Source: Pyrolobus fumarii 1A (lineage in GTDB: Archaea; Thermoproteota; Thermoprotei_A; Sulfolobales; Pyrodictiaceae). From it: 32,000 bases of DNA. The notes below the pieces were generated by a model. The model saw only the letters and a list, made by a program, of their open reading frames with translations. It had not been told where the DNA came from and ran no database searches. The DNA lies in NCBI RefSeq assembly GCF_000223395.1, contig NC_015931.1:1170001-1202000 (forward strand), in the 5' to 3' direction. Position 1 is the first letter of the stretch, and each line of letters starts with the position of its first letter. Below are positions 7,580 to 15,753 of this stretch, piece by piece. The translations under genes were made by a program, and so were the position numbers.

Positions 7580-7605
7580 CTGGAACCACATAGAAGCTTG
7601 CTACG

Positions 7606-7851
7606 TTACTTCTTTACATATATCGCTAGGTCTGGGCAGATGTGTTCGCATAGGAGGCATCCTGTGCATCTGTCGGCGGGCTCTACGACTTCTACCACGG
7701 GGTAGCCCTGGTTGTTGAACTTCTGCCCGGTTATGGTTAACAGTGGCTTGTCGTACTTGCCCGCCTTGTGCATGGCGTTGACGGGGCAGATGCCTATGCA
7801 GAGGCCGCAGCCCTTACACAAGTCCTCTATCACGACGGGCCTGGGCATCAC
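7606..7851 (-). CDS. 2-oxoacid:ferredoxin oxidoreductase, delta (ferredoxin-like) subunit
   Basis: 81 aa with two CxxCxxCxxxCP motifs (CKGCGLCIGICP, CTGCLLCEHICP). Its start overlaps the gamma stop by 4 nt. Confidence 0.85.
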   Translation of the reverse strand: MMPRPVVIEDLCKGCGLCIGICPVNAMHKAGKYDKPLLTITGQKFNNQGYPVVEVVEPADRCTGCLLCEHICPDLAIYVKK

Positions 7852-8393
7852 CCGCTCACCTCCCCCTTGACCATCTTGTATCCCTCCCAGAAGGCCTTGG
7901 TGTTGAGCTCGGCGAACTTCGGGTATCTCTTTGCGATGGCGTCTGCAACCTTGTTCGGGTCGACTAGCGGGACCACCGCTACGAGTGCGCCGAGGACTAC
8001 CATGTTGGCTGCTCGTAGGTTACCGAGGCGTATGGCAGTGCTCGAGGCTGGTATGCTGTAGACCTTGGCGTTGAGATCTGGTAGTGTCTTAACCGCGTCC
8101 GAGTTCACGATGACGATGCTTCCGGGCTTCACTAGGTGCGCGTAGCGCGGCACCGTCTTCGGCGCTAGGAATACGGTGACGTCAGCCTCCTTGAATAGCG
8201 GGAAGTCTATGGGTTGCTCTGAGAGCCTCATCTCGGCGGTGCTCTCGCCGCCCGATATGAACGCGTCGAACTTCTGGATTAGCGTCACGTACCTGCCCTC
8301 CTGGACGGCGACGCTACCCAGTATCTTCGCGATTGTGAGCACTCCCTGCCCGCCTATCCCCGTTATCCTCACGTCGAGCGAGCGCGCCTCCAC
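7848..8393 (-). CDS. 2-oxoacid:ferredoxin oxidoreductase, gamma subunit
   Basis: 181 aa. ITGIGGQGVLTIAKILG and SGGESTAEMRLS match the gamma-subunit pattern (GxGGQG ... GG...vr.S). Confidence 0.85.
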   Translation of the reverse strand: MEARSLDVRITGIGGQGVLTIAKILGSVAVQEGRYVTLIQKFDAFISGGESTAEMRLSEQPIDFPLFKEADVTVFLAPKTVPRYAHLVKPGSIVIVNSDAVKTLPDLNAKVYSIPASSTAIRLGNLRAANMVVLGALVAVVPLVDPNKVADAIAKRYPKFAELNTKAFWEGYKMVKGEVSG

Positions 8394-8399
8394 CGCTCT

Positions 8400-9296
8400 T
8401 CACCCCTCGGTGAGCCCGTGCACCTGATACACCCTCTCGGTGTACTCGGGCTTCGAGTCGTCGCGGTGGAAGACTCCCACGAGTATAGGCTTGCCGAACT
8501 CGATGCTAGCCTCGAAGATCTCCTTCTCGGGGTCTCTCACAGGCCTACTGTTCTTCGCGAAGTACTCTACCATGGCCCAGGGCTCCCTGAAGTTGTTGTA
8601 CCTGCCGTAGAGCACCGGGCACTGCGAGATCACCTCGATGAAGCTGAAGCCTTTGCGTAGAAGCGCCTCCTTGATGCTATTCTTCAACTGGATGAGGTGG
8701 AATGTGGTCCACCTGGCCACGTATGTCGCGCCAGCGGTCTTGAGCAGCAACGGGACGTTGAACGGCCTCTCGATGCTCCTGCCTCCGGGCACGTACTTGG
8801 TCCTCGAGCCCTCCGGTGTGGTTACGGTGGGCTCGCCACCGCTCATCGCTATGTTGAAGTTGTTCACCATTATGACCGTCATGTCGATGTTGCGCCTCGC
8901 GGCTTGCAGCGTATGGTTAAGCCCTATGCTTAGCAGGTCGGCATCGCCGCTAATGACGACCACCTTCAGCTCGGGGTTTGCCAGCTTAACGCCCATGGCG
9001 AAGGCTATGGGGCGGCCGTGGGTAGTGTGCATGGAGTCAAAGCCCATGAAGCCGCTTAGCCTGCCCGTGCACCCGATGCCCGAGATGACCACTAGCTTCT
9101 TGGGGTCAAGCTTCCCCTTGTCTACAAGCTCCTTCACAGCATGCAGGAAGACGCTCATCACCGTGCCGGCGCCGCAGCCGGGGCATAGGGTGTGTGGCAG
9201 CGCCCTGGCTCTAGCGTAGCGGCCCACGGGGTGCTCTCTCGTTAGCCTCTCTCTGGCCTCGGAGAGCCAGTCACGCTTCGCCTCCACGAGCGCCAT
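8400..9296 (-). CDS. 2-oxoacid:ferredoxin oxidoreductase, beta (TPP-binding) subunit
   Basis: CPGCGAG, GIGCTGR, and the TPP motif VISGDADLLSIGLNH...NN. 298 aa. Confidence 0.9.
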   Translation of the reverse strand: MALVEAKRDWLSEARERLTREHPVGRYARARALPHTLCPGCGAGTVMSVFLHAVKELVDKGKLDPKKLVVISGIGCTGRLSGFMGFDSMHTTHGRPIAFAMGVKLANPELKVVVISGDADLLSIGLNHTLQAARRNIDMTVIMVNNFNIAMSGGEPTVTTPEGSRTKYVPGGRSIERPFNVPLLLKTAGATYVARWTTFHLIQLKNSIKEALLRKGFSFIEVISQCPVLYGRYNNFREPWAMVEYFAKNSRPVRDPEKEIFEASIEFGKPILVGVFHRDDSKPEYTERVYQVHGLTEG

Positions 9297-9312
9297 GACA
9301 CGCTCACCTCCT

Positions 9313-10518
9313 TCAGGCTTTGGATACGAGCCTCTCTGCTAGCTCCTCGGGGGTTGGTGGGAGTTCACCAATCCTAGGCTCTAGCTCGACCCTCTCCCAG
9401 CCGCCAACATGCTCGGCCACAAGGTGCACCACCTGCCCATAGTTCATCTCCGCCACGAGTATCTTCTCGGCGTTCCTCGCGAACCTTGCGAGCTCCGGAC
9501 CGGGGAACGGCCATAGCGTGATCGGGCGGAAGAGAGCCGCCTTCACACCCTTCTCGCGGAGCATCCTCACAGCTCTCCTCGCCGCGCGAGCCACGAACCC
9601 ATACGCGACTATCACGTGAGTCGGATTCTCGTCGCCGAACACCTCGTACTCGACGATCTTGTCGCGGTTCTTGCGTATCTTGTCACACAGCCTCTTGACC
9701 AGCTGGTGGTGCACGATCGGATCATCGCTTACCGCCACGCCAAGCTCGTTGTGCGTGACGCCCGTGACGTGGATGCCGTATCCCTCGCCGAACCTGGGCA
9801 TCGGTGGCACCAGGTCCTCCTCGGGCTCGAATGGCTTGAAGTTGGGGTCGCCTGGTGGCACACGCGGCCTCTTCCTATCGACGCGCACCACTTCAGACGG
9901 GTCTGGCACCTTCACGTTCTCCATTAGCAGGACGGTCATCTTATCCGCGAGGATGAATGCGGGCACCCTCCACCTCTCAGCAGCGTTAAACGCCTTGATC
10001 GTGTACTCGAGTAGCTCCTGGGCGCTAGACGGCGAGTAGGCTATGATCTCGTAGTCGCCGTGCGCACCCCACTTCGCCTGCATAACATCCTGCTGCGAGG
10101 CCTTTGTGGCCTGGCCCGTGCTAGGCCCAGCCCTCATACCGTCGATTATCACCACAGGGGTCTCGGTCATCACAGCATAGCTGATATGCTCCGTCATGAG
10201 GCTCATGCCGGGACCGCTCGTAGCCGTGAACGCCTTGACACCCGCCCACGAAGCTCCTATCGCGGCAGCCAACGCTGATATCTCATCCTCGGTCTGGATG
10301 ACCACTCCGCCGGCCCTCGGGAATAGCTCTACAAGCGCCTCGGCGATGTCGGTCGCAGGCTCTATCGGGTAGAAGGCGAAGAACCTGGCACCAGCCAGGA
10401 TAGCGCCTATCGCGATAGCCCACGCGCCAGACTCGAAGTAGTAGCCCGGCTTTACGGGCAGCTTTGGAGGCTCCTCCTGCAGCTTAACCAGGGGCTTTAG
10501 CTGCACGATGCCCCTCAC
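9313..10518 (-). CDS. 2-oxoacid:ferredoxin oxidoreductase, alpha subunit
   Basis: FFAFYPIEPATDI and TATSGPGMSLMTE motifs typical of OFOR alpha. 401 aa, GTG start. Confidence 0.9.
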   Translation of the reverse strand: MRGIVQLKPLVKLQEEPPKLPVKPGYYFESGAWAIAIGAILAGARFFAFYPIEPATDIAEALVELFPRAGGVVIQTEDEISALAAAIGASWAGVKAFTATSGPGMSLMTEHISYAVMTETPVVIIDGMRAGPSTGQATKASQQDVMQAKWGAHGDYEIIAYSPSSAQELLEYTIKAFNAAERWRVPAFILADKMTVLLMENVKVPDPSEVVRVDRKRPRVPPGDPNFKPFEPEEDLVPPMPRFGEGYGIHVTGVTHNELGVAVSDDPIVHHQLVKRLCDKIRKNRDKIVEYEVFGDENPTHVIVAYGFVARAARRAVRMLREKGVKAALFRPITLWPFPGPELARFARNAEKILVAEMNYGQVVHLVAEHVGGWERVELEPRIGELPPTPEELAERLVSKA

Positions 10519-10526
10519 CCCGGGCT

Positions 10527-12119
10527 TTACTCCTCTATGTCGCTCCTCCAGGGCTCGGGCTTCCCGCGTATCTCCTCGGGTAGCTCCTTCTCTATCCTAG
10601 CCAGGTACTTGGCGATCTTCTCGGCCTTCTCGAAGTCGTAGAGCCTGCCCATCATTATCCTCTGTGCGGCTGGGCTGCCGGCGCCGTGCAGACTCTCGAT
10701 CAGGAACATGACGCCAAGGCTAATGTTCTCTAGTAGCCTCACCATCCTCAGCCTGTGCTCGGCCGGGTAGTCTGGCAGGCACTGGAAGTACTTCTCGAGG
10801 AGTGGCTTGAGCTTCGGGTGCATGAAGTCCTTGGCGCTTGGCGCTGTGCCGAGCACGCCACCGGCGATATCGTGGCTTAGCCTCGCTATCTCGTATGGGA
10901 ACCTGGTGACTAGCTGTTTAGCGACGTTGGAGAACATGGGGTCTACCCAGTAGCACCCGCTGCCCATCTTCCTGCCGCGCCAGGATGCGGCGATGCTAGC
11001 GGCGTACATGGCCTCGGTGAGGAAGACCATCTCGACGAGCTTCTCGCGTATGTGGTGCTTATCGGCGATGCCCATCTGCTTGGCTAGGTTGTAGGCAGCG
11101 CCGATGATGATATCCGCTAGGCCTGACTTGCAGCCGCCGTACGCGTGGCGGTGGTAGCTGGAGAATATCTCGACGAGCGGGTAGGCGAACTCCCACTCCT
11201 TGAACATGAAGACCCTCTCCCATGGCACGAAGACATCGTCGAAGATTATCATTGCCTCGTGGTTGAAGGCGCCGGGTAGCGAGTCTATCTCGTTCTCCTC
11301 GAAGCGGCGGCAATCGTTCACCTGCCTGCCAACGATGATCTTTATGCCCTCGGTGTCGAGGGGCACGGCAAAGGATATGGCGTAAGCCTCGTCCTTCTCT
11401 GTCATTGCGCGCGTGGGCATGACTATAATCTCCTCGGATGTGACGACGCCAGTGATGCTCATCTTGGCGCCTCTAACCACTATGCCATCATCACGTACCT
11501 CGACTACCCTCACATAGGCGTCTGGGTTGGGCTGCTGGTGTGGACGGAGGGAGCGCACACCCTTAACATCGGTCATAGCGCCGGCTAGGGCAATGTCATT
11601 CTTCTGGACGTACTTGAGGAACTCTATGAACCTCTTGTGGTAATCTGACCCCTTCTTCTTGTCGATCATGTGGGTGACGATGTGAAGGGCGTTTATCGCG
11701 TCCCATCCGACACAGCGCTGGACGCACGCGCCTACCTTGTGGCTCAGGGCGCGCAGCAGCTTAACCTTAGCCTCGAGGTCCTCGCGAGACTGGTGAATAT
11801 GGTTGAACCTGTTAACTTCCTCGTTTATGTAGGGGCTGTAGGCCACAGCGAGCTTCCTGAGGGCAGGGTCCCACGCAGCCTCATAGGTTACCGCGTATGC
11901 CCTTACGGTGGGCTTTAGGAAGGGGTGCTTAGTCACATCCTCTACCTGCTCGCCAAGCACGTAGATCTCGGCCTTCTTCCTATGCCTTATAGCCTGGATA
12001 TACTCCTCGGGCTTCCTAAGCCCCAAAGAATCCCACCCGAGTGGATCGCCAGGCGAAGTGCGAGTAAACCCACTATTGAAAACGTTTGCTTGGGAATGCA
12101 CACGTGCAGCTCCCAGCAA
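10527..12119 (-). CDS. abfD: 4-hydroxybutyryl-CoA dehydratase (4-hydroxyphenylacetate hydroxylase-like fold)
   Basis: GACVQRCVG (C-x3-C) and YHRHAYGGC (H-x6-C) have the spacing I recall for the [4Fe-4S] ligands of the clostridial enzyme. Length is ~500 aa. The start is uncertain: TTG 12119, GTG 12101 or TTG 12026; the last gives MGLRKPEEYIQAIR. Confidence 0.8.
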   Translation of the reverse strand: MLGAARVHSQANVFNSGFTRTSPGDPLGWDSLGLRKPEEYIQAIRHRKKAEIYVLGEQVEDVTKHPFLKPTVRAYAVTYEAAWDPALRKLAVAYSPYINEEVNRFNHIHQSREDLEAKVKLLRALSHKVGACVQRCVGWDAINALHIVTHMIDKKKGSDYHKRFIEFLKYVQKNDIALAGAMTDVKGVRSLRPHQQPNPDAYVRVVEVRDDGIVVRGAKMSITGVVTSEEIIVMPTRAMTEKDEAYAISFAVPLDTEGIKIIVGRQVNDCRRFEENEIDSLPGAFNHEAMIIFDDVFVPWERVFMFKEWEFAYPLVEIFSSYHRHAYGGCKSGLADIIIGAAYNLAKQMGIADKHHIREKLVEMVFLTEAMYAASIAASWRGRKMGSGCYWVDPMFSNVAKQLVTRFPYEIARLSHDIAGGVLGTAPSAKDFMHPKLKPLLEKYFQCLPDYPAEHRLRMVRLLENISLGVMFLIESLHGAGSPAAQRIMMGRLYDFEKAEKIAKYLARIEKELPEEIRGKPEPWRSDIEE

Positions 12120-12123
12120 AACG

Positions 12124-13008
12124 TTACGGCGTGTAGTGCCTGGAGGCTATTCTCCACTCGCCGCTTGGCTCTACGACTAGCCTGGCGCGGCGGGCCGCCC
12201 AGCAGTTAAACGCCACAGCGACTGGGTATGTGGCAGGGTGCCTATGAGCAACCTCAATGTGCACGTCTAGCACTGTGGGGTAACCGCCCAGCCCCATGGG
12301 GCCAATCTCTAGCTTGTTCAGCTCCTCTACTAGCATCTCTTCGAGCCTCGCTATCCTAGGGTCACTGTTCCTGGAGCCAACCTCGCGTACCGTAGCCGCA
12401 TACTTCGCTAGGAACATTGTCTCCTCCACCGTGCCGCCGATGCCCACGCCAACAATGGTCGGCGGGCATGGGAGCCCACCAGCCTCAACAACCGCGTCAA
12501 TCACCTTCTCTAGCGCGGCCTCGAGGCCCTTGGCTGGCGGCACCATGTAGAGCCTAGCGGGGTACTCCGAGCCACCACCCTTGGGCACCACAACAATCTC
12601 GAGCCTTTCGCTTTTAGCTGGCAGCCAGTGTATTACGGGCACGTGGAGCCCGGTGTTGTCCCCCGAGTTCCTACCGGTGACCGGATGCACGGCGTTAGGC
12701 CTCAGCGGGACCTCCCTCGTAGCCCTCCTAACAGCCTCGATTATGGCCTCCTCAACCTCCCTCATTCCCATTGGGAAGCCGCTCGGGTACCACACGTAGA
12801 AGGTTAGGAGCCCCGTATCCTGGCAGATCGGGCGCCCCTCCCTCGCCGCCACCTCTATGTTCCTAAGCACCGCTTGCAGCTGCGCCTTCGCGGCACCCTC
12901 GCTCCTCTCCGCGGCAGAACGAATAGCCTCATAGACGTCCAGGGGTAGCCTCGTCTCGGCGATACGGATAGCCTCTACTATAGCGTCCACGAGGAGCTTC
13001 CTGTCCAT
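12124..13008 (-). CDS. fumA: Class I (Fe-S) fumarate hydratase, alpha (N-terminal) subunit
   Basis: PICQDTGLLTF (CQDTG motif). 294 aa fits the alpha chain of two-subunit Fe-S hydro-lyases. No beta-subunit gene is adjacent. Confidence 0.8.
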   Translation of the reverse strand: MDRKLLVDAIVEAIRIAETRLPLDVYEAIRSAAERSEGAAKAQLQAVLRNIEVAAREGRPICQDTGLLTFYVWYPSGFPMGMREVEEAIIEAVRRATREVPLRPNAVHPVTGRNSGDNTGLHVPVIHWLPAKSERLEIVVVPKGGGSEYPARLYMVPPAKGLEAALEKVIDAVVEAGGLPCPPTIVGVGIGGTVEETMFLAKYAATVREVGSRNSDPRIARLEEMLVEELNKLEIGPMGLGGYPTVLDVHIEVAHRHPATYPVAVAFNCWAARRARLVVEPSGEWRIASRHYTP

Positions 13009-13035
13009 TGTACTAGCCCCTAGCTATGCGCCCCG

Positions 13036-13063
13036 AGACCCACGGTATTAGAGGGGTGGGTCT
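13036..13063. promoter_or_regulatory. 8-bp inverted repeat AGACCCAC / GTGGGTCT bracketing the A/T-containing GGTATTAGAGGG in the divergent fumA / sdhA spacer
   Basis: The arms are at 13036-13043 and 13056-13063, perfectly complementary with a 12-nt spacer, ~30-55 nt upstream of the fumA ATG (13008). Confidence 0.3.
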
Positions 13064-13127
13064 TGCTCGCCCCGTAGTGTGTTTCAAAAACCGGCGTAAC
13101 GGTTCAAAGAGGGGCGAACGATAGGCC

Positions 13128-14843
13128 TTGAGCATCGAGGGTATAGAGAAGCTCGGAGTTTATGATGTCGTTGTTGTTGGTGCTGGGCTAGCGGGCCTAA
13201 TGGCCGCGATTCATGCTGCCCAGAGGGGTGTCAGCGTCCTAGTCGTATCCAAGAGTCACCCGGTTAGGAGTCACACGGCGGCCGCCGAGGGCGGTATAGC
13301 GGCGTGGATACCGGGTGCGAGCGACCCGCGAGACTCGTGGCTACAACACGCCTATGATACGGTGAAGGGTGGCGACTTCCTCGTGGATCAACACGCGGCC
13401 GAGATACTTGCTCGAGAGGCTTACCCGACGATAATGCTGCTCGAGAGGTGGGGCGTGCTATTCACGCGCGACGAGGAGGGTCGTATCGCCAGGAGGCCCT
13501 TCGGCGGCCATAGGTATCCGCGTACACGCTTCGTAGAGGACAAGACGGGAATGGCGATAATGCACGTTGTGTACGAGCAGGCGTTGAGACTCGGCATTGA
13601 TATGCTCGACGAGGTGTTTGCGCTCGATGTTGTAGTCTGGCAGGGTAGAGTCTATGGCGTTGTGGCGGTTGATCTTCGCGAGGCGAGGCCCCTCTACATA
13701 CAAGCGAAGGCCGTTGTATTGGCAGCCGGCGGTGCAGGCATGATATACAAGCATACCACCAACAACTACTTCAACACTGGCGATGGTTACGCGATGGCGC
13801 TTAGGGCTGGCGCTGCTCTCAAGGACATGGAGTTCATCCAGTTCCATCCAACCGCGTTATACCCCACCGACATACTCATCACGGAGGCTGCGAGAGGGGA
13901 AGGCGGCCACCTTATCAACGCCAAAGGAGAGAGGTTCATGGCGCGTTATGCACCCCAGTGGATGGAGCTAGCGCCTCGCGATGTCGTGGCGAGGGCGATC
14001 GCCACCGAGATCCTGGAGGGTAGGGGGTTCGAAGGCGGCTATGTGCTGCTCGATCTCACGCATCTAGGGGAGGAGAGGATTCGAGAGAGGCTCCCGACGG
14101 TGAGGGAGGCGGCGAGGCGCTACGCGGGCGTGGATCCGGCAAAGGAGCCTATACCGGTGAGGCCCGCGCAACACTACATGATGGGCGGTGTAGACGTAGA
14201 CATTGATGGCCATAGCCCGGATGTTACCGGGTTGTTCGCAGCCGGCGAGACTGCATGCATCTCTGTACACGGGGCTAACAGGTTGGGCTCGAATAGCCTC
14301 CTTGAGGCGGCGGTGTTCGGGAAGCGTGCTGGCCTCGCAGCGGCGTCTTATGCTCTCGGGAGGGGCTCGGGAGAGCCCCCTGCTGAGGCTGTGAGGGAGC
14401 CCGTGGAGAGGCTGTACTCGTTGCTGCGCCGCGAGAGGAGCGGTGTGGAGCTTGGCGAGGCTAGGAGAGAGCTACGCGAGGTGATGTGGGTTAAGGTGGG
14501 CCTGTTCCGCGAGGAGAAGGGGCTTGCAGAGGCTGTGTCCAGGCTAACAGACTTGTACAAGAGGGTTCTTGATGGCATCGTGGTGCCGAGTAGGGGGCGT
14601 GGCTGGTACGACCTGGCGTTGGCCTACGAGACTCTCAACATGGTGACTGTTGGCCTTGTTGTGGCTAGGGCTGCTCTTGAGCGGAGAGAGAGTAGAGGCG
14701 CCCACTATCGCCTCGACTATCCAAAGCGCGATGACGAGAACTACTTGAAGCACAGTCTTGTTCGTCTCCGTGGCGATAGCCTCGAGGTAGGATGGAGGAA
14801 GGTTGAGGTGAGGAGGTGGGAGCCCGGTGAGCGCGCCTACTAA
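13128..14843 (+). CDS. sdhA: Succinate dehydrogenase/fumarate reductase flavoprotein subunit
   Basis: VVVVGAGLAGLMAA FAD fold, RSHTAAAEGGIAA (His for covalent FAD), FHPT, GGHLIN and RESRGAHYR motifs. TTG start. Confidence 0.9.
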   Translation: MSIEGIEKLGVYDVVVVGAGLAGLMAAIHAAQRGVSVLVVSKSHPVRSHTAAAEGGIAAWIPGASDPRDSWLQHAYDTVKGGDFLVDQHAAEILAREAYPTIMLLERWGVLFTRDEEGRIARRPFGGHRYPRTRFVEDKTGMAIMHVVYEQALRLGIDMLDEVFALDVVVWQGRVYGVVAVDLREARPLYIQAKAVVLAAGGAGMIYKHTTNNYFNTGDGYAMALRAGAALKDMEFIQFHPTALYPTDILITEAARGEGGHLINAKGERFMARYAPQWMELAPRDVVARAIATEILEGRGFEGGYVLLDLTHLGEERIRERLPTVREAARRYAGVDPAKEPIPVRPAQHYMMGGVDVDIDGHSPDVTGLFAAGETACISVHGANRLGSNSLLEAAVFGKRAGLAAASYALGRGSGEPPAEAVREPVERLYSLLRRERSGVELGEARRELREVMWVKVGLFREEKGLAEAVSRLTDLYKRVLDGIVVPSRGRGWYDLALAYETLNMVTVGLVVARAALERRESRGAHYRLDYPKRDDENYLKHSLVRLRGDSLEVGWRKVEVRRWEPGERAY

Positions 14844-15753
14844 ACGCCGTGTGGTGATCCGCGTCAAGCGGTTTGACCCCGATACGGGCAGGATATGGTG
14901 GCAGGAGTACGAGGTAGAGGTGGATCGCTACCAGAGTCTCGCGACGGTGCTCCAGAGGATAAGGGAGGAGGTTGACCCGACGCTGGCTTTCCAGGCTGGC
15001 TGCCGCTTCGGCGTCTGTGGAGCATGTGCCGTGAAGGTGAATGGTATCCCGAGGCTGGCTTGCCAGACGCTAGTGCTCAACGAGGCTGGTGATGAGGGGG
15101 TTGTCACTGTTGAGCCTCTAGACTTCTTCCCGGTCGTGAGGGATCTCGTCGTTGACAGGAGGTTTATTGACGGTGCGTTTAGGAAGGCTAGGGCGTGGCT
15201 AGAGCCTGGCCCAGAGCCTCTCGAGGACGGCTTTCGGATTGAACCGGCGTTGCAGAAGAAGCTGTGGAAGCTGGACAAGTGCATCGTGTGCGGTGTATGC
15301 TTCTCGGTGTGCCCGCTTCTAGACGCTGGCTTGGACTACCCCGGGCCAGCTGCGATAGCGAAGCTAGTACGCTTCTCCATGGATCCTAGGGATGCTCTGC
15401 GCGACGCTAGGCTGGAGGACGCTAGCGAGTGGATATGGAGGTGCTTGAGGTGTGGGCTTTGCGCGCTACACTGCCCCTATAGTATACAGACGCCTGGTGC
15501 CGTCGCCGAGGCACGACGCCGTCTGATCGAGAAGAGGGTAGGGCGGCCTAGCGACATACGCCACGTTGAGGCTATCGTTGAGAGTGTGAAGAGGCTCGGA
15601 CGTATGAACGAGAAGCGGGTATTCATCGAGACTGCAGGGTTTGCACGTGCGTTGCGAGAGGCTATAGTATTGGCGAGGAAGGTGGGCTTGCCGCGTCCCC
15701 CCGAGCGTGTTAGTGGAGAGGTTCTCGAGTTGCTAAGGGGTGATGAGGCGTGA
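14827..15753 (+). CDS. sdhB: Succinate dehydrogenase/fumarate reductase iron-sulfur subunit
   Basis: CRFGVCGACAVKVNG ([2Fe-2S]), CIVCGVCFSVCP and CLRCGLCALHCP. The GTG start overlaps the sdhA end by 17 nt. Confidence 0.85.
   Translation: MSAPTKRRVVIRVKRFDPDTGRIWWQEYEVEVDRYQSLATVLQRIREEVDPTLAFQAGCRFGVCGACAVKVNGIPRLACQTLVLNEAGDEGVVTVEPLDFFPVVRDLVVDRRFIDGAFRKARAWLEPGPEPLEDGFRIEPALQKKLWKLDKCIVCGVCFSVCPLLDAGLDYPGPAAIAKLVRFSMDPRDALRDARLEDASEWIWRCLRCGLCALHCPYSIQTPGAVAEARRRLIEKRVGRPSDIRHVEAIVESVKRLGRMNEKRVFIETAGFARALREAIVLARKVGLPRPPERVSGEVLELLRGDEA

Noticed and set aside
6547-7601. An imperfect direct repeat, CATAGAAGTATGC (6547-6559) / CATAGAAGCTTGC (7589-7601), flanking the low-GC ORF. This could be att-like target duplication.
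   Set aside because: Only 8 contiguous identical nucleotides (11/13 overall), which is easily chance in AT-rich DNA. No integrase, tRNA target or terminal inverted repeats are present.
11104-11126. A perfect half C/D unit, ATGATGA-12 nt-CTGA, on the plus strand.
   Set aside because: It lies inside abfD on the antisense strand, where it encodes ...GLADIIIG... on the minus strand. No C' or D box or terminal stem follows. It is most likely a chance consequence of the codons.
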